Positions 18,153-27,002 of a stretch of DNA of 44,525 nucleotides are shown here, one piece after another (position 1 is the stretch's first letter; the number at the start of each line of letters is the position of its first letter). The notes under the pieces were generated by a model. That model was not told the origin of the DNA. It did no database searches and saw only the letters and a program-made list of their open reading frames with translations. The position numbers were made by a program, and so were the translations under genes. The stretch covers positions 1 to 44,525 of the IMG/VR virus record IMGVR_UViG_3300006127_000025. One strand, written 5' to 3'. The DNA is from a virus (lineage: Duplodnaviria > Caudoviricetes).

Positions 18153-18485
18153 TTATGGATTTAGTAGGTGTTGAATTTCATCTTCTGTTAAACCAAGAGC
18201 AGACAATTTTGTTTTAACTTCTTGTTTAGAATTTATTTTTGCTTGTTCAGCATCAATTATGGCTTGTTTTTTGGTTTCATTTACCACTACTTTTCCGTCA
18301 ATCAGTTCCCAAGCATTGAAATAAGTATGATCTTCTGGAAGTTCTGAATCTTCAATAATGATAGCGTGGTCAGGACAATCTTTAGCTAACACATCCTCAA
18401 TAGTATTATTTTCTAAAAACTCAGGAGAAGGATATGTAACGGAAACGCCGCCATTATCGTTTGTATGAATAATTATTTTAGCCAT
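18153..18485 (-). CDS. Small fibre-associated protein, chaperone-like (partner of the 604-aa fibre)
   Basis: 110 aa with AAGGA SD; KD.P....II...ELP.D..YFNAW motif. Confidence 0.7.
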   Translation of the reverse strand: MAKIIIHTNDNGGVSVTYPSPEFLENNTIEDVLAKDCPDHAIIIEDSELPEDHTYFNAWELIDGKVVVNETKKQAIIDAEQAKINSKQEVKTKLSALGLTEDEIQHLLNP

Positions 18486-18493
18486 TTTTATCC

Positions 18494-20308
18494 TTAAGCA
18501 AATACAGAAGCATATACATAATTTGAGTTAGAATATCCAGAAGTCCAAACAGCTACATCAAATCTAGTGGAACTAGGCGGATTATCACTATCTTGGTTAG
18601 CTGAAATGCCAACACCAGTATTTCCATTTGAATATGATGTTAAAGCTGATATTGCATAGTTGGCAGAAGCCATAGCGTTGGTAAAATTAAATGTATATCT
18701 TCCTGTGCTATTAACAGTAATACTTGAGCAATTGTAAGAAGCAAAAATAGAGCCAGCTGTTGTTTGGTTGCCACCTCCCCATTTAGCCCATGCTTTAGCA
18801 GTAGTTTTTGCATACACAATACCAGTAGCTGTATTTTGTGTAGTACCCCCAACAAATATGTTGCCAGATGGGTCAATACGCATATGCTCAGTACTATTGG
18901 AAGAAAATGCTAAATATGAACCTGATACAGTTGCACCAAATTTAAAATAACCTTGGTTTTGCGTTCCATCAACACTGCGTCTTAAAAAGAAATCAACATA
19001 AGGCCAACTGCCAGTAGATGTATTTCTATAGGCATATAATTGTATTTGGTCAGTATTTCCATCATTTGTAGCACTATTAAAAATGTATTGAATATTACCA
19101 ACCGTGTTACCTAATGTGGCAGTTAAAATATCCAAGTATGCACCCGGAGATGATTGGCCAATACCCACATATCCAGTAGAATTAATACGCATACGTTCTG
19201 CCGTGGTACCATTTGTACCTGTACTCGTTTTAAAGATTATATTAGTTGCTTGTTGAGTTAACTGTATACCTTCATTGTATGTGTTGTTATCATTTGTTCC
19301 AAGACTTAAATAACCACCATTACCCGATACTCCATATCCAGTAATTTGTCCACCATAGTTATTACCTAAAGTTGAATCACCAAAAGTTAATGTGGGTTTT
19401 GTGGATGAATAAAGATTTAATGTTGTTGATGGATTTACTATTCCAATACCAACATTTCCCGTTGCAGTAATTGAAACAGCTTCTGAACCATTGGCAAATA
19501 ATTGTGTACGATATGGACTTGGAGTTGTTCCTAATCCACCCATTCCTATACCATACATATTCGTACCACTACTCTCATAAAGAGCAATAGATTTACCTAT
19601 GTTAGCACCAAAAGATAATGGGAAATTTGCACTAGTAGAACCAATAGCAACGTTACCTGCAGAGGTGATACGCATTGCTTCTGTCCATGAAATGGAATTG
19701 CTTGCTGTTCCTGACGTAGCATATTGCCATACATGAGTACCAGAATATTGATAATATTGTGTTGCTGCGGCACTATTAATATATTTCCAACCGGAATTAT
19801 ATACCGCATTAGAATTTATTTCAATACCAGTACCTGCATTATTATCAATAGTAGCATATGCACCAATTTGAAGTGTTGTTCTTGTGGCGGTTGCTGGAGT
19901 TACACCAAGACCTAAATTTCCATTTGTATCAATTCTCATTCTCTCAGTAGAATTTTGTGAGAATATCAAAGGAGAGTTTACTGAACTCCAAACAAATGAA
20001 GCATTAGCAACACCAGTAAGTGTTCCTGAAGAACTATCAATACCAATTGCTGTGGCACCTGCTCCATTGTTAGAGATAAAATAAGATGTGTTTGTGCCTG
20101 TCGTAGATTTTGTTGACGTAATACCTGTTGGACCTTGAACATCCAATTGATATCCTGGTGTTGTCGTACCAATACCCACCTGATTACTGGAGTTCCAGTA
20201 AGGTGCTCCAATAGTCAGGTTTGTTTGAGTAATGGTATTTGCAGCAATATCAGAGGCAACAACGGTACCTGCTTGAATACTTGCTGCATTAATCTGCGAT
20301 ATGCTCAT
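18494..20308 (-). CDS. Modular tail fibre / RBP (604 aa) with AKAW-type tip
   Basis: Five to six E.MRI...GNVGIG repeats; C-terminal AKAW...I.ASYN.SSIT...TG.Y..NF..AM..ANY domain. Confidence 0.82.
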   Translation of the reverse strand: MSISQINAASIQAGTVVASDIAANTITQTNLTIGAPYWNSSNQVGIGTTTPGYQLDVQGPTGITSTKSTTGTNTSYFISNNGAGATAIGIDSSSGTLTGVANASFVWSSVNSPLIFSQNSTERMRIDTNGNLGLGVTPATATRTTLQIGAYATIDNNAGTGIEINSNAVYNSGWKYINSAAATQYYQYSGTHVWQYATSGTASNSISWTEAMRITSAGNVAIGSTSANFPLSFGANIGKSIALYESSGTNMYGIGMGGLGTTPSPYRTQLFANGSEAVSITATGNVGIGIVNPSTTLNLYSSTKPTLTFGDSTLGNNYGGQITGYGVSGNGGYLSLGTNDNNTYNEGIQLTQQATNIIFKTSTGTNGTTAERMRINSTGYVGIGQSSPGAYLDILTATLGNTVGNIQYIFNSATNDGNTDQIQLYAYRNTSTGSWPYVDFFLRRSVDGTQNQGYFKFGATVSGSYLAFSSNSTEHMRIDPSGNIFVGGTTQNTATGIVYAKTTAKAWAKWGGGNQTTAGSIFASYNCSSITVNSTGRYTFNFTNAMASANYAISALTSYSNGNTGVGISANQDSDNPPSSTRFDVAVWTSGYSNSNYVYASVFA

Positions 20309-20315
20309 CTATTTT

Positions 20316-20507
20316 TTAGTTTGGTGTTACGTCTGTTACTGTTGGTTGTGTAGGTGCTTGTGTCTGTTGTTGAGCTTGAACTTGTGGAATTGCTTGACCA
20401 CGAATCTTATCAACAACTGGACTTACCTGCGCATATGGCAATTGTCCAAGACCTTGCATAACTACATTAACTTCGTCTAAATTAAGGGTAATCGAAATAT
20501 CACTCAT
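20316..20507 (-). CDS. Small hypothetical protein (63 aa); likely start MSDISI at 20507
   Basis: GGAG SD precedes ATG 20507; the ORF-track start at 20531 has no SD. Confidence 0.7.
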   Translation of the reverse strand: MSDISITLNLDEVNVVMQGLGQLPYAQVSPVVDKIRGQAIPQVQAQQQTQAPTQPTVTDVTPN

Positions 20508-20526
20508 TTTAAATCTCCATAAATTT

Positions 20527-20590
20527 ACCATCTATTAAAAATAAACTTGTATAGGATGGTTGTCTAATACAAGTCTGTATATTATTTAGG
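20527..20590 (-). promoter_or_regulatory. Late-promoter variant CCTAAATA followed by a candidate pseudoknotted leader
   Basis: Promoter-like motif 20583-20590; stem 1 20545-20552/20567-20574; stem 2 20527-20532/20555-20560. Confidence 0.45.
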
Positions 20591-20635
20591 CTGTGTTAAA
20601 ACCGCTTAAGGTAAAGTATTTCTTGTGTTATTAAG

Positions 20636-21220
20636 TTATTTTTCCAAAAAATCAAAATTTATTACAATTCTTTGTTTATAATTTACTGGATTATTTCCAG
20701 CATGTATTCTGTGACCATCAAATAAAATTGCACTACCTTTTTTTGGAGTATTTCTTTTATATTCTGATATTTCTTTTGTTATTTCGGTGCTTTCGCCTAA
20801 AGTATAAAATTCGTTAAACAATACGGTATCTCCATCTGAATCATTAACATAATATACTAATGTTTTGTACGGAGAAGCTTCTGGTAAATCAACATGTGGT
20901 CTATTATATTTGTTTAAATTGTGTCCAATAATAGGTGTTGTTTTTCTAATTCTTATTCTTAATATTCTATTAAATTCAATATTAAATTTATCTTCCATAA
21001 AATATAATATGGATTTAAAAAAAGGATAATAATTTGAATTTACTCCATTATATGAATCATATATGGTATGTACCAATCCAAAAGATTCTGTTACTGCTGG
21101 ATTATTATAATCTCCTTTTGATATTTCATCATAAAAATACCAAGGAAAATTAATATCATTTAATGTATTTTCAATATCATTTTCATAGTGCTTCGATAAC
21201 AAATTTTCAATTACTTGCAT
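20636..21220 (-). CDS. 2OG-Fe(II) oxygenase superfamily protein
   Basis: FPWY, PHVD (HxD), YYVNDSDGDT.LF, FDG..IHAG (distal His) and RIVINF (2OG-binding Arg) motifs. Confidence 0.88.
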   Translation of the reverse strand: MQVIENLLSKHYENDIENTLNDINFPWYFYDEISKGDYNNPAVTESFGLVHTIYDSYNGVNSNYYPFFKSILYFMEDKFNIEFNRILRIRIRKTTPIIGHNLNKYNRPHVDLPEASPYKTLVYYVNDSDGDTVLFNEFYTLGESTEITKEISEYKRNTPKKGSAILFDGHRIHAGNNPVNYKQRIVINFDFLEK

Positions 21221-21221
21221 T

Positions 21222-21509
21222 TCAATCCCAATTTAATGTTTCATCATTCCATCTACGAACATATCTACCTCTGGTCATATCATGTCCTGGATATGGAATT
21301 GGAGGCTCCCAATTTATTCCATTTAATAACCATCCTCTATGTGGACATGGTGGTATAAAATTAGTACCATCCCATGTGTGTCCTACACTACCATAGTGGC
21401 CACGTGTTCCATCTTGAAAGGTTTGTATAAAATTACCTTCAGGTTTAACGTCATTAACAACAACATTAATTACAGTATTTGAAGAATCTATTTGAGACCA
21501 AAAGTACAT
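21222..21509 (-). CDS. Small fibre-associated protein (partner of the Gly-rich fibre)
   Basis: 95 aa; N.VINVVV, QT, FIPP.P...W.L....WEPPIPYP and WNDETLNW motifs. Confidence 0.72.
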   Translation of the reverse strand: MYFWSQIDSSNTVINVVVNDVKPEGNFIQTFQDGTRGHYGSVGHTWDGTNFIPPCPHRGWLLNGINWEPPIPYPGHDMTRGRYVRRWNDETLNWD

Positions 21510-21511
21510 TT

Positions 21512-23017
21512 TTATATTCCTGCTACATATCTGATAATAACTGCGCCTTGATATCCTGAACCACCAGCATCAAGTTCTAATCCACCGCCGCCTCCACCAC
21601 AACCATACCATGTGGCATTTCCACCAGCACCTGGACCCCAACCTAGGGTATTGGTTCCCCATCCGCCGTTTCCGGCTCCTGGTCCTCCGGTTCCTGGTGG
21701 ATAATAACTAGAATTAACATTTGAGTATGCTCCGCCACCGCCTCCGCCAGATGCATATGTTACACCTACTCCGGTTATATCACTAATAATGCCTCCACCA
21801 GAAGCATTAATTTTTTCACCTTGTGATCCGTTGTTAGAACCATTTCCTCCGGTACCTCCGCCGCCATTATCTCCACCACCACCGCCACCTCCACCCACAG
21901 CGGTAATACCATTAAATGTTGTAGAACCGCCGCCACCGCCAGCATTACTAGTACTATTTGTGCCTCCTCCACCACCAGCACCAATACTATATGAAATTCC
22001 TGCTCCTGGTGTGACGGCCATTTTTGAAACAAAAACTACTTGGCCTCCACCGCCACCACCAGCTAAATTTGCACCACCGCCACCACCACCGCCAATAATT
22101 AAAACATCAATATGATAAACATTTGATGGTACTGTCCAAGATGTGCCTGACGTGAGTGTAACTAAAGTTGCAGCACTTGATACATTAGTATTTGCATATG
22201 TTGTATATACGTTTGAACCTAAATTTCCATAATAAGTTGTAGCACTAATATTACCATTAACAGTAAGTGTTTGTGAAGGTGAATTTGTATTGATACCTAT
22301 TTGACCTGATGAATTGACGGTTAATCGAGATGTATTATTATCTTTGTCGTAAATAAAAAATAATCCTGCACCTTCACCTGCTCCAGTATCCGTACTTCTT
22401 AATTCATAAATTTTACTACCTTGAATTTGAATTGAAGGACCATATGTACTTCCTGTTTGAAATAAAGCCGCACGATAATCATTTGGATTTTTTACATGTA
22501 AAGAATAAATTGGATTGGTTATTCCAATACCTACGTTACCTGTATTAGCAATACGCATGCGCTCAACAAAACCATTGGTACCAAAATATAAATGGCCACT
22601 TCCCATACCAATAAAGGCATTATATGTAACAGCATCAGTTAAATTGATGGTTGCATCGGCACCAGATGTATTTGCTGCAAATCTACCTACTAAATTTGAG
22701 AAAGGTGTAGTGTTTGCTGCTGTAGTATTTTTAACGCTGAATGGTATATTAGTGCCTGTTGGACCCTGAACATCCAATACAAACAAGGGTGATGTAGTTC
22801 CAATACCAACGTTAGAAGAATTCCAATATGGAGCACCAACACTTAGTTGTGAAAAAGTAATACTATTATTGGCATGAGCATTTGCTGGTAATGTATATGG
22901 AGTAATAAAGTTACCAGGAATGACTCCGCCATTCTGCGTATTAGCAAAATAAGAATTGGTTGCCGAAGCAAGTACGTTACCTGTTACAACGTCTGTGGTT
23001 ATCTGTGTAAGTGCCAT
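21512..23017 (-). CDS. Modular tail fibre / RBP (501 aa) with glycine-rich tip
   Basis: VGIGT.SP and ERMRI repeats; C-terminal WTVP..V..IDVLIIGGGGGGG...G.QGAVIIRY glycine-rich domain. Confidence 0.82.
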   Translation of the reverse strand: MALTQITTDVVTGNVLASATNSYFANTQNGGVIPGNFITPYTLPANAHANNSITFSQLSVGAPYWNSSNVGIGTTSPLFVLDVQGPTGTNIPFSVKNTTAANTTPFSNLVGRFAANTSGADATINLTDAVTYNAFIGMGSGHLYFGTNGFVERMRIANTGNVGIGITNPIYSLHVKNPNDYRAALFQTGSTYGPSIQIQGSKIYELRSTDTGAGEGAGLFFIYDKDNNTSRLTVNSSGQIGINTNSPSQTLTVNGNISATTYYGNLGSNVYTTYANTNVSSAATLVTLTSGTSWTVPSNVYHIDVLIIGGGGGGGANLAGGGGGGQVVFVSKMAVTPGAGISYSIGAGGGGGTNSTSNAGGGGGSTTFNGITAVGGGGGGGGDNGGGGTGGNGSNNGSQGEKINASGGGIISDITGVGVTYASGGGGGGAYSNVNSSYYPPGTGGPGAGNGGWGTNTLGWGPGAGGNATWYGCGGGGGGLELDAGGSGYQGAVIIRYVAGI

Positions 23018-23027
23018 GTCTTATTTA

Positions 23028-23360
23028 TTAAGGTTTAGGATATTGATTTTTGATTGCTTGTATTTGTGCTTTCCATGCATCATAACCACCATGATATAAA
23101 GTATCCAATTGGTCAACAATAGATGGGTAAGCCGCTTTGCGAGCATTACTGTAAATTGCCATGTGGTCAGATAAAGCTTGTTGAAATTCATCATGAGTCA
23201 ATTCACGAATACCTACTTCTTTTGTAACAGGATCGGTATCTTGTTTATGAATTACAAGTTCGTCCGGTACAACATATGATGTTTTACCTTCATAATCTCT
23301 ATGGTCGTCTGGACCAATAAGAAACATCGTTCCGTCTGGATTAAATACACATTTCATCAT
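23028..23360 (-). CDS. Small fibre-associated protein (partner of the 494-aa fibre)
   Basis: GGAGG SD at 23364-23368 supports a start at 23360 or 23357 (TAATG coupling); C-terminal R..AYPSI.DQLD.LYH...W...I..IK..YPKP motif. Confidence 0.72.
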   Translation of the reverse strand: MMKCVFNPDGTMFLIGPDDHRDYEGKTSYVVPDELVIHKQDTDPVTKEVGIRELTHDEFQQALSDHMAIYSNARKAAYPSIVDQLDTLYHGGYDAWKAQIQAIKNQYPKP

Positions 23361-24844
23361 TAACCTCCAATATATGTCCAAGCGCCAAAACCACCGCCCC
23401 AGCGTTTACGAGTCCAAAATTTATTATCACTATAGTCTTGGAAAAGTTGACCACCATCTCCTACACCTGTACCTTGTCCGCCACTCATACCATTCCAAAG
23501 AATACCTGCATTGTCGGGAGCGTTGGTAGCACTAGAAGCATAAGAACCCCAAACACCTGGTGATCTATTTGCATTAACATCAATATTAGAAGTAAAAGTA
23601 CACAACCATGTACCTGCACCAGAAGCAACCCCACCAACAAAAAAGTTTCCACCAGTAGAAAGAGCTGTTGGTGCATATACGGTACCACCAGTATCAATGT
23701 AAAGTCTATTTGCTCCGGCATTATTATCGTAAATTCCAAAATATCCAGCTGTTACTGGTCCACCTCCAGAAGAATAAATGGACCAACTCCGTCCTCCGGT
23801 AGCACTGGTAGCTAAAGAAAGATATGTACTATTTGTGCTGGATCCAGAAAGAGCAAGGGATCCAGCTGAATTAAGTGAAAATGGAGTTACATCACCACTA
23901 CCTACAATAGTTTGGTGTATGTTAAAAGCTCCTGTTGTGGCATCAATTTTCCAACTATCAGGATTTGCATTGTAATAAAAAATAACACTACAAATACTAT
24001 CATTTGCAGGTCTTGGGCCAAATCCAGCCGTACCATAAGTGCCGTCACTTACCCAAAAATAAGAAGATCCATCATACACGTTAAATTTGTGACCATTATT
24101 AAGGTTTGTACCAATAGATAATGTACCATTACTATACATACGCATTTGTTCTGTGTAAGCAGAGCCGGTCCATTTTCCAAAACCAAGATACTGATTTGAA
24201 CTTACGCCTTGTCCCCAAACAATATTTGTTTCACTATTTGATTGAGATAAATTTCCACCTATTAACAAACCATAAGTTGCTGCAGCAGGAGGATTTAATG
24301 AATTGGCTCCCATCCACATCCAATTATTACTTGATGCTGTACCGGCACCGTTTATTGTTAATAATGTTGCTGGACCTGTTGTGTTAATACCCACATATCC
24401 TGTGGAAGTAATTCGCATTGCTTCTACCGCAGCACTACCATCCGGTTTTTTGTTAAAAATTAAACTTGCACCATTTGCTCCTGTGAGAGCATTAACAAAA
24501 CCAGTTTGTATAGTTCCACCATCATTAGTGGTAAAAGAAAAATTAGCGTAATCGTTTCCAGTTCTATTTCTTACTGTAAGTCCTACTGCATCCACAGAAT
24601 AACTTAAAATATCCAAAGGATGATTTGGACTGGTAGTACCAATACCCACATTACCATTAGAAGTAATGGATATCCTGTTTGTATTAGCAGTTTGTAATGT
24701 AAGATTGCTTGTTGAATTTATTGTATTACCAGATAAATTTATATTACCATTAGTTAACCAAGTTGGCGCACCAGTACTTAACTGAGTAGGCCCAATAGCC
24801 GCAGAAGAAGAAATATCGGTGGCGACAATCTGTTGTAAAGACAT
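23360..24844 (-). CDS. Modular tail fibre / RBP (494 aa) with a pyocin-knob-like tip
   Basis: GNVGIGTTSP and EAMRI repeats; C-terminal D.N....PG.W.....TNAP...G.L....Q......W.R......FGAW pattern. Confidence 0.78.
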   Translation of the reverse strand: MSLQQIVATDISSSAAIGPTQLSTGAPTWLTNGNINLSGNTINSTSNLTLQTANTNRISITSNGNVGIGTTSPNHPLDILSYSVDAVGLTVRNRTGNDYANFSFTTNDGGTIQTGFVNALTGANGASLIFNKKPDGSAAVEAMRITSTGYVGINTTGPATLLTINGAGTASSNNWMWMGANSLNPPAAATYGLLIGGNLSQSNSETNIVWGQGVSSNQYLGFGKWTGSAYTEQMRMYSNGTLSIGTNLNNGHKFNVYDGSSYFWVSDGTYGTAGFGPRPANDSICSVIFYYNANPDSWKIDATTGAFNIHQTIVGSGDVTPFSLNSAGSLALSGSSTNSTYLSLATSATGGRSWSIYSSGGGPVTAGYFGIYDNNAGANRLYIDTGGTVYAPTALSTGGNFFVGGVASGAGTWLCTFTSNIDVNANRSPGVWGSYASSATNAPDNAGILWNGMSGGQGTGVGDGGQLFQDYSDNKFWTRKRWGGGFGAWTYIGG

Positions 24845-24848
24845 TTAA

Positions 24849-25106
24849 TTATCCTAATTTTGATACTGAATTCGCTAGAGCAGCTTGATAATCAGCAATA
24901 GTCTCTGGTGTATGTACAGCAGCGCATACTGCTTTTACTCGGTCATCTTGTGTAGAGTAATCTTCACCTGGTGCAATAGTGAACCTGTGGTATGATGAAG
25001 ATAATTCTTTACCATCTTCCAAAATACGGGTACATTCTCTTACATGTACTACACCATTTTCTGAAATTTCTATTTTATCGTTTACTACTACTTTTTCTAA
25101 TGCCAT
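24849..25106 (-). CDS. Small fibre-associated protein (partner of the 615-aa fibre)
   Basis: 85 aa with AAGGAG SD; MALEK...DKIE....V.VR....I.EDG.ELS...HR...V.AVC.AVHT motif. Confidence 0.75.
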   Translation of the reverse strand: MALEKVVVNDKIEISENGVVHVRECTRILEDGKELSSSYHRFTIAPGEDYSTQDDRVKAVCAAVHTPETIADYQAALANSVSKLG

Positions 25107-25130
25107 TTTAAATCTCCTTTTTGTTGTCCG

Positions 25131-25150
25131 CCTAGTACATCCATACTAGG
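25131..25150 (-). promoter_or_regulatory. Leader hairpin with GGA in the loop
   Basis: CCTAGTA-TGGATG-TACTAGG, a perfect 7-bp stem with no U-tract on the minus strand, just upstream of the SD. Confidence 0.55.
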
Positions 25151-25154
25151 TATA

Positions 25155-27002
25155 TTAGAAAGATGCTTGATATGTATAAGTCATATAAAATCCAAAAGAA
25201 CCTACAGGAAGGGTGTTGGCGTTATCATATCTCCATAATCCTACTGATGTTCCTCCTCCCGTTACATTAAGACCCCAAAAATATCCAGTTTGATTCCACT
25301 CTCTAGCAATACCACTGGATGAACCAACCGAAGCACAAGTAAATGGTAAATTATTAATTGTAGGATTTGCAGTTCCACTTGCAGCAGTTCCAGAAACGGA
25401 AATATTTACTGTTACAATTCTTCCTATTTTTGTATATGTTGCTGTTTGAGTTAAACCGGAAACGCCTCCGCCAGTTGAACTCCAAGTTGGTGTCCATGTA
25501 CCTGTTTCATAATCGTTCAGTACCGAATTATTTAAAGCTGAACTATTATTAAATTGAATCCCACCTGTTGTAGAAGATAATTGCAATACTCCACCAGCAG
25601 TCAAAGTCATAATCTGAGATGCGTTTGCTGTTGCACTTGTACCTTGTGTTCCAGGAAGAACGGTTGACCATTGGTGTATTCCAGCATTTCTGTTTATAGA
25701 ATAATATGCGCCAGGTCCGGTTGCTGCATAATTTATACCACCAGAAGAATTAATATAAAAATTATTTCCAATAAATGTATACAATCCGCCAGTATTGACC
25801 GAAAAAGATGATGTAGTACCCAATTGAAATACGGAATATCCTGATTGCCAACTTAATGGTGCGCCTCCAAGTCCTAAATTACCAGAAGAATCTAATCGCA
25901 TCTTCTCGCCTTCACCACCGGCATTAAAAACTATATTACCACCACTAGAATCGGAGTTATTTGACGTGAATAATAAACTACCTCCTCTAAATTCCATTGG
26001 ATAGTTTTGAGAATATGCATCATTAGTTGAAGCAATAGAAACACCATTGGCAAAATTAACAGGACCACCAAAAACAAGATTTTGATTTGTTGTGGCGTTG
26101 ACGTGTAATTTACCTCTTGGTGATGTAGTACCAATACCTAAACTACCACCGGAAGTTAAAGTCATCAAAGCTGTTGTTGCTGGCCCACCATTATAGAATG
26201 TAAGTCCGTCTCCGCCACCAACACTTATTCTTCCATTACCCGTCACATAGTCCATCACAATACCATCTGTGTAGGTACCTGTGAAATTATTTGAAGAATA
26301 TAATCCGTTATTAGCTTTAATACTACCTGTAATAGAAGTATTGCCTGAAATAATAGGAAGAATTGTACTACCAGTCAATGTTAAATTACTGGCTAACTTA
26401 GAGTTGGTTACCGAACCATCTACTGGTACTATACTTGTACCAACAACAGAGTTTTGAACCACACGAATAGTTGAATTGGCTGCTGGTGCTGATGTGAATG
26501 TAAGTGTTGCTCCATTTGTTGAATAATTTGCTGGAGAACCTTGTGTAATTCCGTTAACCGTTACATAACAAGAATTAGAAGATACTGCTGCTTGTGTTAA
26601 TGTAAAAGTAACTGTTGAACCATCACCGGTAAATGTACTTACCAATGGATTCAATAAACTATTTGATAATTGCCATGGTTGAATTGTATTTGCCGCAATG
26701 GCAGACATTGTAACTGTGTTGGCACCAGGAGCAATACCAGATTGAACCATCTGACGATATACAACATAAATGTTATTTGTACCTGAAGTTGGAGCACCAG
26801 TAAATGTAAGTGTGTTTAGATTACTTACATAATAAGCAACACCTGGATCCTGAATAACGTTATTAACAACTACTTGAATATCAGCATTAGCGGATACTTG
26901 GCGTGATAGTGTAAATGTGGTTGTAACACCATCACCATTAAAATGGTCATAAGCTGTAGAACCATATTGGAAGGAGTCTGGTCTTGCGCCTAAGAAGCTC
27001 AT
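25155..27002 (-). CDS. Modular tail fibre / RBP (615 aa) with two N-terminal beta domains
   Basis: MSFLG..., two F.GDG.T.TFTL domains, LGIGTTSP/EKMRLDSSGN repeats, and a C-terminal LNDYETGTWTP...YTKIGR.V...NLPF tip. Confidence 0.82.
   Translation of the reverse strand: MSFLGARPDSFQYGSTAYDHFNGDGVTTTFTLSRQVSANADIQVVVNNVIQDPGVAYYVSNLNTLTFTGAPTSGTNNIYVVYRQMVQSGIAPGANTVTMSAIAANTIQPWQLSNSLLNPLVSTFTGDGSTVTFTLTQAAVSSNSCYVTVNGITQGSPANYSTNGATLTFTSAPAANSTIRVVQNSVVGTSIVPVDGSVTNSKLASNLTLTGSTILPIISGNTSITGSIKANNGLYSSNNFTGTYTDGIVMDYVTGNGRISVGGGDGLTFYNGGPATTALMTLTSGGSLGIGTTSPRGKLHVNATTNQNLVFGGPVNFANGVSIASTNDAYSQNYPMEFRGGSLLFTSNNSDSSGGNIVFNAGGEGEKMRLDSSGNLGLGGAPLSWQSGYSVFQLGTTSSFSVNTGGLYTFIGNNFYINSSGGINYAATGPGAYYSINRNAGIHQWSTVLPGTQGTSATANASQIMTLTAGGVLQLSSTTGGIQFNNSSALNNSVLNDYETGTWTPTWSSTGGGVSGLTQTATYTKIGRIVTVNISVSGTAASGTANPTINNLPFTCASVGSSSGIAREWNQTGYFWGLNVTGGGTSVGLWRYDNANTLPVGSFGFYMTYTYQASF

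Noticed and set aside
21789-22115. Proline-rich plus-strand ORF
   Set aside because: Antisense shadow of the GGN codons of the glycine-rich fibre tip.
13492-27002. Diversity-generating retroelement acting on fibre tips
   Set aside because: No reverse transcriptase, and no ~100-bp near-identical TR/VR pair with adenine-specific mismatches seen by eye. A remote TR outside the window cannot be excluded.
13492-27002. Invertase or shufflon tail-fibre switch
   Set aside because: All cassettes are co-oriented with their own starts; no recombinase gene and no inverted crossover sites seen.
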